Below are positions 1-16,921 of a stretch of 64,000 nucleotides of DNA, piece after piece. The stretch lies in the NCBI GenBank assembly GCA_964016885.1, contig OZ024750.1:47926001-47990000 (forward strand). The letters are read 5' to 3'. The number at the start of each line of letters is the position of its first letter. The first letter of the stretch is position 1. The DNA comes from Eledone cirrhosa. Its lineage: Eukaryota. The notes under the pieces were generated by a model. It did no database searches and was not told the origin of the DNA. It saw nothing but the letters and a program-made list of their open reading frames with translations. The position numbers were made by a program, and so were the translations under genes.

Positions 1-1445
1 AGCAGTCGGTGGAATGGTAAAGGGGCGAGGATGGGTAGGTGTGAAAGTTGGAGTGAGGAGGGTGTGTGTGTATATTAGTAGAGGTGTTAGTGGGATGAAT
101 GAGTGTGGTGCGAGGGTGTGGGTGGAGCGGGGAGAGAAGGGTGTGTGTAGTTCTATGGAGGGAGTGTGGTGTACTGGTGTGAGTGTAGTTTGATGAAGGG
201 GGTGTTAGTGGGTGTTAGTATACGGGAGGTGGGGAAGGGTTGAATGCAGGCGTGAGTGGGGGTTAGTGGTGGTAGGGTGTGTAGAGTTGGTGGTGTACGA
301 GGGTGTGTGGGTACGTGTGCGTGGGGTTGGGGGTGTTAGTGATGTTAGTTGCGTGTGGGGTGGGTGGTGTAAGTGGGTGCGGGTGTTCGTGTGCTTGGGG
401 TCAGGGGGTGTTAGTGAGGTTAGTTGCGGGGTGGTGGGATGGAGGTGTGGTGGTGAGGGTTAGTGGTGGTAGTAGGGTGTGTGTTTAGTGTGAGCGCGTG
501 TATATATGTGCCGGTGGGTGTGTGCGTGTGATAAGGATGGGGGAGGAGGAGAAGAAGGGAGGGATGTTAGTATGTTAGTTGGGGAAGGGTGGTCGGATGA
601 GGGGTGGAGTGGAGGTGTTAGTATTGTTAGTGTGGGGTGGGCGGTGAAAAGGAGGGGTGTGTTAGTGGTGTTAGTGGGGGATACATGTGGGGGGAGGGGG
701 CGGTCGAAGGCTAAAGAAATAAGGGTGGGGAGTTCAGGCCGGGGGGAGTGTGGGTCCGTAAGATGTAGATAGTTCTTTGTTCGACTCTAAGGCAATTGGC
801 GGGTGTTCCGTGGCTTTGGTGTAGGCCACAGACTGTGAGAGGGCGTGCGGAATGTCCAGGGACACCAAAGTGGCGGGCGATGGGGGAACTACCACCGAGA
901 CGAATATCCCGGAGGTGCTCATTGAATCGGTCCGCCAGGCGACGTCCCGTCTGTCCGACATGAGTCACGCTGCACTCCGTGCAGCGAAGTCCGTAGACTA
1001 GGTTGGAGGAGGTGCAGCGGAAGGCATGCCGGACAGAGTGAGAGTGGCCGTTGGGACCCTGGAAGGTGGTGGTGTTGGTGATGTGGGGACAGGTGTTGCA
1101 GCGGGGCCGAGAACAGGGAAAGGAACCGGGGGGGGGACATAGCGTGGGTTGGGGGGTAGCGAGCTGTGGACGAGGAGGGTGCGGAGATTGCGTGCACGTT
1201 TGAAGGATGGGAGTGGTGGGGTTAGGAAGATGTGGGAGGTGGAGGGGTCGGACTGGAGGCGTCGGAAGAGGCGGCGGATGGTGCGGTGGAGGGGTAATGT
1301 GGATGGGTGGTAAGTGAAGGGTAAGGGGAGACGGTGGGTGGGTGTGCGGTGGCGTGGGTTAAGGGTGGTGGGAAAGGGCCTGGGACTCGAAGTCAGCATC
1401 TCGGCTACAAAGGCGGCGGATCCTGAGGAGTTGGGAGTAGGGAAT
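1..1445 (-). mobile_element. 5'-truncated, frameshifted Penelope-like element (Neptune-like linker plus GIY-YIG endonuclease at ~711-1385) followed by C/A-rich low-complexity 3' region (1-710)
   Basis: Minus-strand translations RLPLPFTYHP..RRLQSDPSTSHIFLTPPLPSFKRARNLRTLLVHSSL and SNLVYGLRCTECSVTHVGQTGRRLADRFNEHLRDI..PIARHF...GH..EQRTIYILRTHTPPGLN match the PLE linker and GIY-YIG pattern. Confidence 0.85.
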
Positions 1446-1474
1446 GGATATATATAGATATATATATATATATA

Positions 1475-1878
1475 TATTAATAAGAGGAATTCCAACTTTG
1501 TCTGATTTACTCGTTTTATTTACAACCCTTTAAAATTTATAATGGTATTATAATGAAAAAGTATGATAGAATATTAAATTCTAAGTGTTAATTGAACAAG
1601 TACGTTCATGCTTTCGCAATCTTCAGGTTCATAATATGTGGTGACAGTCAAGTTTGCAATATTGCAAACTTGACTGTCACCATATATTATGAACCTGAAG
1701 ATTGCGAAAGCATGAACGTACTTGTTCAATTAACACTTAGAATTTAATATTCTATCATACTTTTTCATTATAATACCATTATAAATTTTGAAGGATTGTA
1801 AATAAAACGAGTAAATCAGACAAAGTTGGAATTCCTCTTATTAATATAATCTTCTATACACAATCATACACACCCGTG
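1475..1878. repeat. Spacerless palindrome (186-bp arms, centre 1660/1661) plus short tail; inverted PLE pseudo-LTR
   Basis: 1475-1660 is the reverse complement of 1661-1846 with about 2 mismatches; flanked by (TA)n and (CT)n; HHR-like motif in each arm. Confidence 0.9.
1690..1728 (+). ncRNA. Minimal type I hammerhead-like motif (GAAC instead of GAAA)
   Basis: TGAAC-CTGAAGA-TTGCGAAAGCAT-GAAC-GTAC-TT-GTTCA; stem I TGAAC/GTTCA; mirror copy in the left arm. Confidence 0.6.
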
Positions 1879-1891
1879 TATCTCTCTTTCT

Positions 1892-2036
<145 letters not shown>

Positions 2037-2440
2037 CAGGGAGTATATGTACGTACATATGTGTTTGCATGCAACCCTGCACGACCGTATAGTAGTATAG
2101 ACCCCTGGACTGTGAGCACGCTTATCACATTAGCTTGTGCACAAGAAGGGGCAGAAAAATATGTACAGTACGTGCATGGGATGATGTGCCCGAAAATACA
2201 TATACCTCGTATCATGCGTGTGTGAGCCTATGTTGCCACTAAGGGGTGTATGATGAACAGTATGGAAGCTCCATATACCCTTCCACGAGCAGACGCATAT
2301 AGTAAGAAACCTGGCTCCATGGACCTTGTACGTGTGCCTATATGGGGTGATATATATTATAAAGAATTGGCTGAGCTCAGGCTGATTCGACAGCTAATAC
2401 ATGTGGGTCTAAGTCTAAAGTCTGTCATAAACGAGAAGGC

Positions 2441-2680
2441 TCATGTGGCCGGTGCTTATTTCGATTTCATGGCGGGACGTTATGGAGAGTACAAGAATAC
2501 ACCCCTGGACAGGACGCCAGTCCATGGCAGGGTTAAGTCTCCAGCTATTGCTGGTACTCATTTTCAGATGAGTATACTAGAGCAACGTAAAATGAAGAGT
2601 TTTGCTCAATAACACAACACGCAACCGAGGAATCGAGCCCACGACATTATGATCGTGTGTCCAACACCTTACCACCAGGA
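2441..2680 (-). mobile_element. Degenerate tRNA-derived SINE with conserved central domain (V/Meta-SINE-like)
   Basis: Minus strand TGGTGGTAAGG (A-box-like), GGCTCGATTCC (B-box-like), GTGTTATTGAGCAAAACTCTT and CCCTGCCATGGACTGGCGTCCTGTCCAGGGGTGTA; related fragment at ~36255-36335 (+). Confidence 0.6.
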
Positions 2681-2900
2681 ATACATGTGTTTGGGCGTGT
2701 TTATTTTGGCACAGAGGGTACCATGCATCATGATAGCAGAACTGTTTTCCACATTGAACTATTGCATTTATAAGAATGTTAAATACATTCACAAATCTCT
2801 TCATACAGACATTATGGTATCAAAATGCCTGAAATCTTCCCGGATACACATACACAGTCCGCACGCAAGCGCACGCACGCACACACACATACGCACACGC

Positions 2901-2939
<39 letters not shown>

Positions 2940-2946
2940 TATATAT

Positions 2947-3229
2947 AAATTAGAAATTAGAAATGATAAGCTTTCACCGTATTTTAGACTAAAGAAATGT
3001 CTAGCCTGATAGTGGGGTTTATAACCCTCGGAGAAAGGGAAAAAGATGAGTGTTGCCGTGTACGAAAACACTCATCTTTTTCCATTCTCCGAGGGTTATA
3101 AACCCCACTATCAGGCTAGACATTTCTTTAGTCTAAAATACGGTGAAAGCTTATCATTTCTAATTTCTAATTTTCAAACTCGCGCACCGTTTCAAAAATA
3201 TACTTACATGATATATTTATAATTTGCTT

Positions 3230-3232
<3 letters not shown>
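2947..3232. repeat. Inverted repeat (~108-bp arms, 2947-3173, short loop) with 3' tail, between microsatellites
   Basis: aaattagaaattagaaatgataagctttcaccg...gatgagtgtt mirrored by aacactcatc...cggtgaaagcttatcatttctaatttctaattt. Confidence 0.85.
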
Positions 3233-3285
<53 letters not shown>

Positions 3286-4124
3286 AGAGAGAGATAGAGA
3301 AGAGGTGGCTTAAGTTTTTATATGTTTCGGCCAATATTGGGTCAGTTAATATATACATGAAATGCACCGATATGCACTCTTAAATATCCGTGTAGGCTTA
3401 TGTGTATATGTATAAAATATGAATTGTTGACAACACAGCGGACAACTGACGCAAAATCTGTTGAACACATGTTTTTACATGAAATCTGCCCGAAGAAATT
3501 GTTTGGCGGTGGTGCAATAACACTATTTTGATATTCTTCTCGTTTCTCGTATGTGTGTCTGTGTGTGTATGTCAGCAATTGTAGTAAAAAATGGTTTTAA
3601 ATGAATTACAAATTCAGATGGTGTATTTTCCTTAATACACATCAAGTTAATGCTACATTCGAAATAATGTAGCATTTTAATGAGTTGAATTTATGGATTA
3701 TTCCGGAGTAACAATCATTACAATATCGTGTACTATATTATTGAAAAAAAAAAATGAAATTCGAAAAAATTAATTTCCATAATATTCCTCCTTTTAAGGA
3801 TATCGATAGCACTGCTCTCTTTGGACAAGTGTTAAAATATGTCTTACATCTGTCGTTTTAATTAATTCAAGAAGTTGTTCTTCAAATATGCACATTCCTA
3901 ATATCAATTAATACTTGCTGATATTCAATGAATTCATATGCGACAGAATTATTTCAAAGAATGCTAATGCAGCAGAATTTCAAATAATGGTAATTCTTTA
4001 GAAAACATATTTGTTAAAAATTAATCAACGATATTAGTGGATGTCACGTTAATCCTTTTCGAATGGATCCTTTGTAACATTCTTCGTATCAAATACCATT
4101 TAAGCAAAAAATATATGAGCAAAT

Positions 4125-4272
4125 GTGCATGTGTGGTTAAGGAATTATATTTGCATTGACATGGTTGAAGGTGAATTTCCACTGCGTTCTAACCTAGGAG
4201 GATCTTTTCTACTGTAAATTTAAGTTGAGCCATGCCTTTCGAGCGAAATGTTGTTGAATGAAAGTGTGACGA
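4125..4272 (+). mobile_element. Highly degenerate tRNA-derived SINE head (cephalopod-type)
   Basis: gtgtggttaagg..catggttg..ccactgcgt..cttttctactgta..gagcgaaat resembles, from recall, the abundant octopus SINE head; similar decayed minus-strand copy at ~17190-17460. Confidence 0.4.
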
Positions 4273-4299
4273 CGAACTCCACCCTATATATATATACAT

Positions 4300-4636
4300 A
4301 TATATATATATTAGAAAGTGAGGTTTTTTTTTACAAAATGAAAAATAACCGAGGTGTCCTACACGAGTGAAAGTATAAAGAAAAAGAGATGAAATCGAAA
4401 ATACAACTGAAGTCTTATTTTTTTTTAAAATATATATATTTATTTGGTTCCTTTACTGGTTTCGCAGTTCTTCTGCTTTTCAAAAGGTGAGTTGAGATGG
4501 AGGGTCTGTGGTTTTTCTCACTCAACTCACCTTTTGAAAAGCAGAAGAACTGCGAAACCGGTAAAGGAACCAAATAAATATATATATTTAAACAAAAAAT
4601 AAGACTTCAGTTGCATTTTCGATTTCATCTCTTTTT

Positions 4637-4640
<4 letters not shown>
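4300..4640. repeat. Inverted repeat (arms ~4378-4498 / 4520-4639) with left tail; inverted PLE pseudo-LTR
   Basis: Arms reverse-complementary with few mismatches; HHR followed by AATAAA in each arm; (TA)n on both sides. Confidence 0.88.
4530..4567 (+). ncRNA. Minimal type I hammerhead, U3:A8 variant
   Basis: CCTT-TTGAAAA-GCAG aagaa CTGC-GAAA-CCGG-TA-AAGG; palindromic stem III ACCGGT; mirror copy 4450-4487 (-). Confidence 0.78.
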
Positions 4641-4679
<39 letters not shown>

Positions 4680-4684
<5 letters not shown>

Positions 4685-4974
4685 GTTTCCGTAGGAAAGG
4701 TAAAGGAAAAGAGAGTGCTCTATGTAGGCTACATAACCTTTTAGTTATGTAATAAACAACATAAGATAATTATTTTATTTACCAAAGTTTTCACGAAGAT
4801 AGACTCTGACAGAGACGTCTGACCTCGGTCCTCAGAATGACATGTTATGTAGGCATCCATTTTAAATAACATTCCATTCTGACGACCGAGGTAAGGCGTC
4901 TTTGTCAGGCACGCCGTCTTCGTGAAACCTATGGTAAATGAAATAATTATCTTATGTTGTTTATTACATAACTA
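4680..4974. repeat. Diverged inverted repeat (4742-4974) with left tail; inverted PLE pseudo-LTR
   Basis: tagttatgtaataaacaacataagataattatt mirrored by aataattatcttatgttgtttattacataacta; inner arms more diverged. Confidence 0.8.
4875..4940 (+). ncRNA. Type I hammerhead ribozyme
   Basis: CATT-CTGACGA-[CGAGG/CTTCG and GGCGT/ACGCC stem II]-GAAA-CCTATGG-TA-AATG. Confidence 0.78.
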
Positions 4975-5036
4975 TATATTTATATGCATATTTATATACA
5001 TATATATATAAATATTTATATACATATATATATAAA

Positions 5037-5094
<58 letters not shown>

Positions 5095-6318
5095 CAGTTC
5101 AAGAGTAACCGATCTTAAAGAGAGAGATGGAGATAGGAGAGGAGATATGAGAGGAGAGATTGGTGAATTAGTTAGAAGCCAAAGCGTAAAGGCATATGCT
5201 CAATGTGCAATATGCAGTAGAAAGCAGCTATGTCGCTGGGTTCATGCATAAGTTAGGTGCGCAGAGCTGGAAATATTCATTAGGTAAGCAAAACAAGACC
5301 ACAAATTTCACAAGGAAGACATTATTAAAAGATTGTCAACATATTTTAGTTTGATGCAAGGAATGTAGAGAATAATAATAATAATATTAATAATAATAAT
5401 GTCCGTTTACAATTGTTTCGCTACTTCATATCATATTTCTGGATCAGATGACTATGTATCATAATTGATCTGGTTCACTTGAAAATAATTAAACATATTT
5501 AAAAAAAACTGTGCGGCTCATCGGAAATTCAAAGGAATATAAATTAAAATAAGGAGAGAATGTTACATACTATAATTGTTTCTATAATGTTACATAATAT
5601 AATGTTCCATATATTGGTTTTTCACTATGGTGTCTGGTTGCATCAGTTGTCAGCCATAATCAAGCAGTATTCATCTGTCGAGGCTGCATTGTATGAGATC
5701 TGCCTATGGGTAACAAGATAGCAGCCAAAGGACATATTTACCTTACTAATTAGAGGGTGGTTTCAGGGGAAGTAGCGCCTCGAGAGATTAGAAATTGTGG
5801 GTAGTTTATGGTCAAGTGCTTATTTTTAGATGTTTTAATTGAGAAACAATGTAGGGGAGGTAACTTATAATTATCTAAGTTAGTCATAGCTATTTAACTT
5901 ATTAGCTACAAGTAAAAATAACACTAGAACAAGAAATACCTTAGCATATAGCCAGATTCGCCAGAATTTTAGCAGTTACAGCACCTATACAGGGAAGTTT
6001 AATGGTGGCAGCAGCTTGCTCCCCGCTCCAAGTAGCAAACTAAAAATCAACCCTAGAATAGGAATGAGAAATGGGATGACAAATAACAAATCCCCAGCTA
6101 ATAATAACCATAGAAGGCCCCTACCAACTGCACTAGAACCCCTAGAAGGAATAACCTAGAAATATCACCTGGCTTAACACCCCATTCTTATCTAATCTAG
6201 CCACTAAAATCTCTAAACGCTTCTTCTCTATCCTATATCAACCCCCCCCCCCCCTCCCGCAACAATAGATATTACAAACCCTTTACAGGTAAGATTTTGA
6301 AGGCCGTAGCTAGGGAGT

Positions 6319-6362
6319 ATCGTCCTGATGAGGATCAGTTAAGTACGAAATGCATCGATGAT
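6319..6362 (+). ncRNA. Minimal type I hammerhead ribozyme at the end of a probable PLE 3' region (~5900-6475)
   Basis: ATCGTC-CTGATGA-GGATCAGTTAAGTAC-GAAA-TGCA-TC-GATGAT; palindromic stem III ATGCAT; stem II weak. Confidence 0.75.
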
Positions 6363-6478
6363 TGTCCCCATTGCTTATGCTGGACACCACCAGCGGCCGT
6401 TAGCGCCGGGTTTTTTGCATAGCTACGGTTATCTAAATGTTAACCTGTAAACATAACGTGTTTATTTAGAAATTCGAA

Positions 6479-10210
<3,732 letters not shown>

Positions 10211-10582
10211 AAACATAAATATGTGCATACATAGAAGTTACATTATATTACATTCTATGACATTGAAAATATATTGAAAATTCGGTCGAGATATTGATGA
10301 AGAGGTATTTGACCTAGGAAAGCTATTGTTCCAATGTGAGCTTAAGTAAAGATAGTTGAAAAATCTTTAATATTAGATATTAATGTCTCATGCAGTTGTA
10401 TCACCAATATAACATCTTTCAAAGGCAGAATCACATAGATAAATATCAATAGACACATATATTTTATATATGATCTCGTATACGCGTGTATATTTATATA
10501 TTTGAATAATATATATTTACATACAAAGACACAAAGACGTACAGACACACACATACGCACACACACGCATGTATATATATTC

Positions 10583-10900
10583 TGCGTTCAAATCCCGCCG
10601 AGGTCAACTTTGCCTTTTATCCTTACGGGGTTGATAAAATAAAGTACCAGTAATGTACTGGATTATAGCTGGCCTTATGCCAAAAGTAGAAACAATTATT
10701 ATTATATATATATTGGTGGTTTGGCAGTATCTGTAGAGGGTCGGACAAGATGCTTTGCAGCACAGAGGTACGCCCCTTTCTGATCCGAGTTTAAATCCTG
10801 CCGAGGTTAACATTGCCTTTCATCCTTACAGGGTCGATAAAATAAAGTACCAGTAATACACTGGAATATTTGCTGGCCGTGTGCCAAAAGTAGAATCAAT

Positions 10901-10905
<5 letters not shown>
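10583..10905 (+). mobile_element. Two tandem copies of a ~190-bp tRNA-derived SINE (first 5'-truncated)
   Basis: A box TGGCAGTATCTG, B box GTTCAAATCC/GTTTAAATCC, body ccttacggggtcgataaaataaagtaccagta and tail gccaaaagtagaaacaattatt shared with copies at 11969, 24352 and 25232. Confidence 0.85.
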
Positions 10906-10956
<51 letters not shown>

Positions 10957-11434
10957 ATATATATATACATAGTGATTTAGCAACCTCTCCAAACAATTCT
11001 TTTTTATAAAACATTTCTTTATAGGCTCTCCTATGGTCTCTTCTTACACTAACCTCATACCATTCTCATCCCCTCATTAATTATTTATATCGCAAATCCC
11101 TTTCGACGACGTCGAAACAGTATAACCTTATGTCCCCTCACTCTTACGTGAGTAACTGATGACCAGCAGAAACACCCTACCCCCAGTACTACACCGCATT
11201 CTTTCATGTCCTGTCACGCACAGCTCTACCACATCCACACCACACACACCACCTTCGCCTCACAACATACAATTCGGCATGTCTATGGCAAGCCAAAACA
11301 CCACTCCCCACTCAACTCACATGAACCATTGCTCCCCAGCACTACCACGTCACCGCATGACACACAAGCCAAATCATTCCTCAGCCAAATCACCAATCAA
11401 AGCAACATAAATTGACCACCATATTACACTCCCT

Positions 11435-11498
<64 letters not shown>

Positions 11499-11968
11499 GT
11501 CGTTAAAATGCTTGGAACTGCAACATTATATAATGGCGGGTACCCGGCTTGGTTGTAATAATATTGTTAAACATTTCGTTTTGAGGTTGGACGCACACCG
11601 CTGATGACACCCAAAACATGTATTATATAATGTCTTCAACACCTACACATAATTACTGTGTATAAGATTCCTATCTGAATCAGAATATATTTGACTTGTC
11701 TGTGAGTTAAAACCATCTCGATAGTCTGCGTATATATATGATAATAATGAAAAATATATATTATCCACTCATTACTGTTTTCCTTAATATTAAAATATGG
11801 AATCCAAATCGTAAATTCGCAAACAACCCTACTCCTATGCCCAAGATTTCAATCTCGTTGAGCATGCATATCTACATATACTCTTTTCGGCTACCTCCGT
11901 TCTCCATGATCTTTAGTTCAATAGGCAGGTTTGTATCTTATATATATATATATATATATATATATCAT

Positions 11969-12238
11969 TGGATTGGCAGTATCGGTGGAGGGTCGAACGC
12001 CAGCTTTGCATCACAGTTACGTTCCTTTACGGATTGAGTTCAAATCCTGCCGAGGATAACTTTGCCTTTCATCCTTACGGGGTCGATAAAATAAAGTTCC
12101 AGTAATACCATGTGATAATTGCTGGCCTTGTGCCAAAAGTAGAAACAATTATCATTATTACTTTCAAAGTACCAGTAATGTACTGGATAATTGCTGGCCT
12201 TGTGCCAAAAATAGAAACAATTATTACTTTCAAAGTAA
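11969..12238 (+). mobile_element. tRNA-derived SINE with duplicated 3' ~70 bp
   Basis: TGGCAGTATCGG / GAGTTCAAATCC boxes; segment aaagt.ccagtaat..gctggccttgtgccaaaa.tagaaacaatta..actttc occurs twice. Confidence 0.85.
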
Positions 12239-12580
12239 AGGGTGTCATGAATGATACAAACTCAAATATATATCCTCTCTCTAAAAACAGCTGAAGATAG
12301 AATTCAGAGAATAAAATCGAGCCTTAATCATTATAAGAAAATGATTGGAATATATTCATACACAGATAAGTGTGCACTAAGTCATATCAAAACATAGAAC
12401 TAGAGACAATCTACACTGAAATTAAGACTACATCATTCGTTGAGTATCTTATTAAATTTAATAAAAAACAATTAAAACAAAATACCTGATAACGATCAAA
12501 TATATTCCTCGCTTATGTAGTCAACACAATATCAGAATGTGTGCGTGAATGCCTGTGGTCTTATAATTATATATATATAT

Positions 12581-14700
12581 ATTAATTCAAAATATTAACA
12601 AAAAATAGATTTTCTTGTGATCAAGTATATGTTATTATACATATTTCAGAGGTACTGAGCTACCTTCAACAGTACGTCCTCATCAGATAAAATAAGATGA
12701 TGCATGAAATAGTAGATGGTTAAGATCCAGTCATGGCAGTGAGTAAGATATGACAACACTCAATATTTGTATACCTTAAGATTGATACATGAAAAAACTT
12801 ACATATAATACATATAATACAGAGGGTGCGTGTGAGATAGCTTAAAAATACTTAACAGTAATTTACATAACTGTTAGAGATTCAAATAATTATTGAAGAA
12901 GGAGGAAAGAAAAAAGACAGAGAGAAAACAGATGAGGGGAAATATAGCTAGAAGGGGTGTAGAGAGCAAAAAAGAATTGATCAAGGAAAGGGAGACAAAG
13001 AGGAATAATTATAATTATAGGGATTATATATATATATACATAACTATACATTTGGGCTTAGCTATGCGATAGAGTAAACTCGAATCATTGAATTATTGAA
13101 TTAAATAGAAATATGCATCAACCTAAGTCCTAGATATAACTGGTTGTAATCAATAAAGGTTAATTTCTTTAGTTAATTAGTTTTATATACTATCCAAACG
13201 TATCCTGTTGACCGTTAATTTTCAAATCATTTAAGTTAGTTCAGAGTAATGAATTAATTAAAGTGTATAATAGTTCAGGCTATAAAGGTTTATACATATA
13301 TGTAATAATATTAAAGTATACTATCATATTTAATTTATAAAATCATATTTTATGAATTCATATTTAAATTATTTGCAAACTTGAGAGAGAATTCATGCTA
13401 TTTTTCATCTTCTCGAAGGTAAATCTTAATAATGTTATTATAATATATTTAATTATTTATATTATATCGTAGATAATTCGCATTATATAATTTATAAAAT
13501 AATTACAGTTATAATTAAAAAAAAAATCAGATTAACAATTAGAATGCCTTAAAGCATCAAAAGGCCTTATAATTAAACTTTTACTTATATTAAAAGTTTA
13601 CTATTAAATAAGACATATGCATTTGTCTAAATATAAACACAGATTATATTGTCTAAAGATTAAGATGATACCTATCATTTATATATAACATAATATAATA
13701 CAAAAAATAAGTTACTGATAATATTGTTAAAAACTAAGGTTTTACATCAATTATTATAATAAGGTCATGTAACACATATATACTATGAATATACAAGTCA
13801 AAATTCTTGAATCATACGGATAAGAATCTGATTCAAAAATAAAAAAAGTGAATAGTCTGCGATCTTACATTTTCTTTATACATTTATATAGTAGTATAAT
13901 GTGTCTGCAAACATGAGAAAGAAAAAGCCAAAGGATTTCATTGACCCGAAGGTAAACCAAATGTAATTAAATTAAATTAAATAATAATCGTTATATAACT
14001 TAGAAAATTTAGAAAATAATTAGAACATATTTAACGATTATAACACTGGAAAATCATTAAAGTATCTAAAGTACATATCAATAATTATCGTTATATAGCT
14101 TAGAGAGTTTAAACATATTTAGAAAATATTTAACGATGATAACGCTTGAAAGTCATTAAATTATTTAAAGTACTTATAAATGTAACTAGGAGCATGTTAT
14201 TATACTAGATATACAGATTTGTTCAAATATAAATAGAGTATTTCAGATATTAGTGATAGATATACATATAATAAATAATTAGTACAATCATTGTTAGTGA
14301 TGTTACAATTAAAGTTGTACATCAAGATAAGTGGGAAAAGGTTTGTCGACTAGTATTTGTGTGTGATGTATATACCGTAAATATATATTAATAAAAATAT
14401 ATAAATCAAACTTCCTGAATCGTTTAACATACTCCGAATGAATAAATATACAAAAACATAAATGCATGAATGATTAAGGGTACATTATAACTGTTAAGCG
14501 TATAAGCCATATATTAAACGAAATTTAAAAGAATCCCAGTCAAAAATTAAATATATCTTAACAATCAAATGATATGCACATTCCTCAAAAGATCATGTTA
14601 ACAAATAATATGTTTATATACCTAAAGAGGACCCTTTAATTTAACATTAATCATATCTTAAAAGAATTAAAAAATTAAAAATGATTACAGTTTTATAATC
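12581..14700 (-). mobile_element. Long AT-rich non-coding HHR-bearing repeat (PLE 3' region/pseudo-LTR), homologous to 60655-62152
   Basis: Collinear shared blocks, e.g. gtcatggcagtga.taagata, ccttaagattga, tttgcaaac.tgaga, attagaatgcc, gcatttgtctaaat; right boundary approximate. Confidence 0.7.
12632..12690 (-). ncRNA. Type I hammerhead ribozyme
   Basis: Minus: TTAT-CTGATGA-GGAC GTACTG..CAGTAC CTCT-GAAA-TATGTA-TA-ATAA. Confidence 0.72.
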
Positions 14701-14867
14701 TGTTATAACGTTTTATGTACGGAGTTGATAAGAGACGTCAACAATTAGAACCAGTTTATTTAGTGTTTTTTCCTGACTTTTTGCGACGTTTGCAATGTAG
14801 ACACTGATTTATGAAGGCAGTTTGAGAATAATTCACTCTTTTTGTTAATTAAATTTTCACAATCACA

Positions 14868-14869
<2 letters not shown>

Positions 14870-14931
<62 letters not shown>

Positions 14932-15044
14932 TTATATATATATATATATACTTATATATATATATACTTATATATATATACTTATATATATACTTATATA
15001 TATATATATATACTTATATATATACTTATATATATATATATATA

Positions 15045-15119
<75 letters not shown>

Positions 15120-15379
15120 TTATATATACTTATATATATATATATACTTATATATACTTATATATATATATATATATACTTATATATATATATATATATA
15201 TATACTGATATATATATATATATATATATACTTATATATACATATATATATATATATACTTATATATACTTATATATATATATATACTTATATATACATA
15301 TATATATATATATACTTATATATACTTATATATATATATATATATATATACTTATATATATATATATATATATATATAT
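14870..15379. repeat. (TA)n microsatellite with TACT interruptions
   Basis: Direct reading. Confidence 0.95.
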
Positions 15380-15990
15380 GGTGGCTGCCAACTCGTTTTC
15401 GAGTACGGCCACTACTTTATATCCATGTAGGAGAACTCCTACCAATGCGCTGAACGAGTGTGACTTTTTAGTCCAGCCAGCGACTTGAAAACTCTGGTAC
15501 AAACACTACACTTGTGACAATTATTGACACATAGTGCTGGGCCCATGGTACCATGTGAGGACAAGTGCAGAGAGATCTCCAGATACAAAGCAATGCCTGT
15601 GCCGTGAAGCTTTTATAGTGAGCAAAGGCACTGCACAAAGCCAGTCCCACTCTCTTAACCAAGATGATATTTACCAAAAAGAAGAACAAGTCAACATCAT
15701 TGGATACCATCAGGGTTGCAGGTGTTATATCAGAGTTTTCCTTCTCCTAGAATTCTGCCTTGACAAAGGCTAAGGGGTCATCTCTCCCGGTGATTTTGGA
15801 TGGCCATTGACTCTTAAGAGCTCCTTAGCCCTTTGACAGGTTTTGTTTTTAGTCCTGCAGGATGTCCAAAATCACCCTCCTCACCAAGAAACCTTGGTGG
15901 GGTTGCCAGTTTAGTCGCCAACGACCCGACCATGAGACAGGTTGTACTGGGATACATGTTACCAGTAGCACCAAGTGGTGACCTGACACA
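15380..15990 (-). mobile_element. Internally deleted RTE-like non-autonomous retroelement (5' UTR joined to ORF C-terminus and 3' UTR)
   Basis: Minus strand has an RTE-type 5' UTR motif (ctaggagaaggaaaactctgat) then [25 protein letters not shown] (C2H2 finger, 15439-15516), a ~60-bp 3' UTR and (TA)n. Confidence 0.62.
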
Positions 15991-16032
15991 AATATACTTA
16001 TATATATATATATATATATACTTATATATACT

Positions 16033-16063
<31 letters not shown>

Positions 16064-16874
16064 ATAGTTAATCCTTAGTTCAGTTTATTTAGTCGCTTCA
16101 GTCACTGCGGCCCGCCTGTCGCCCGCTGTCTTCAATTGTCAAAGCTGTCTAAACGTAATGTTATAACTCTAGGGTAGTATACCATTGAGTGCTTAGCTGC
16201 ACACCCCGACTGCATTCGTTACTTTACTAAATGTGTATATATATTTATATACATATATATATATATATGTGTATATATATACAGTTAGAGCGAGAGAGAC
16301 AGAGAGATTTTTTAGTGTGTATGTATGAACATGTCTTATTCCTCCTTTTCCGTTCCTAGACGTAAATATATACATATATTAAACCGAGTGTAACGCGAAG
16401 ACAATTTGTTCACATATATGTAATATACGTCCATACATATCCCTTCTCATATCAAATTTTTCAGTGGAAATTAGAGAAAGAAGGAAAGAGCACGCTTATA
16501 AAATAAGCACTTACATACGTAAGTTGAACAGTATCGATGTTCATGTCATCATCTCATGTTCTTTCATTTGTCTTATCGATTTTTGATCTACTTCAAAACA
16601 TCCTCCCTGTGTGTATATCTCCTGTGTGTTATAGAATTTTCTGTTGTGTTTGAATGCAGCGTATAGTTGTTTAATGATCATAACTCTATACATTCACACT
16701 AAGATGTCGGCTTTTGGGAGACATTTGCTTGCCATGAAGTTATGTATTTGTTTGCATGCACGAGAGCAGAACGCAATTATATGCATGTATGCATATAATT
16801 CATATATACACTGTACACGGAGAGAAAACACAGCTACAAATGTACCAAACACCCACACAGACAAACACATCATG

Positions 16875-16921
<47 letters not shown>

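Noticed and set aside
1-710. G-rich stretch with GTTAG motifs as telomeric repeat or Gly/Val-rich ORFs
   Set aside because: No regular TTAGG or TTAGGG array; it is the low-complexity 3' region of the adjacent PLE.
2250-2612. 120-aa ORF
   Set aside because: Overlaps the antisense of a SINE; no recognisable domain.
11100-11190. tttcgacgacgtcgaaa palindrome and CTGATGA..GAAA motif
   Set aside because: Stems I-III could not be closed; likewise CTGATGA at 11601.
16085-16140. Minus-strand TTGAAGA..GAAG CGAC TA motif
   Set aside because: Two core changes and no stem I.
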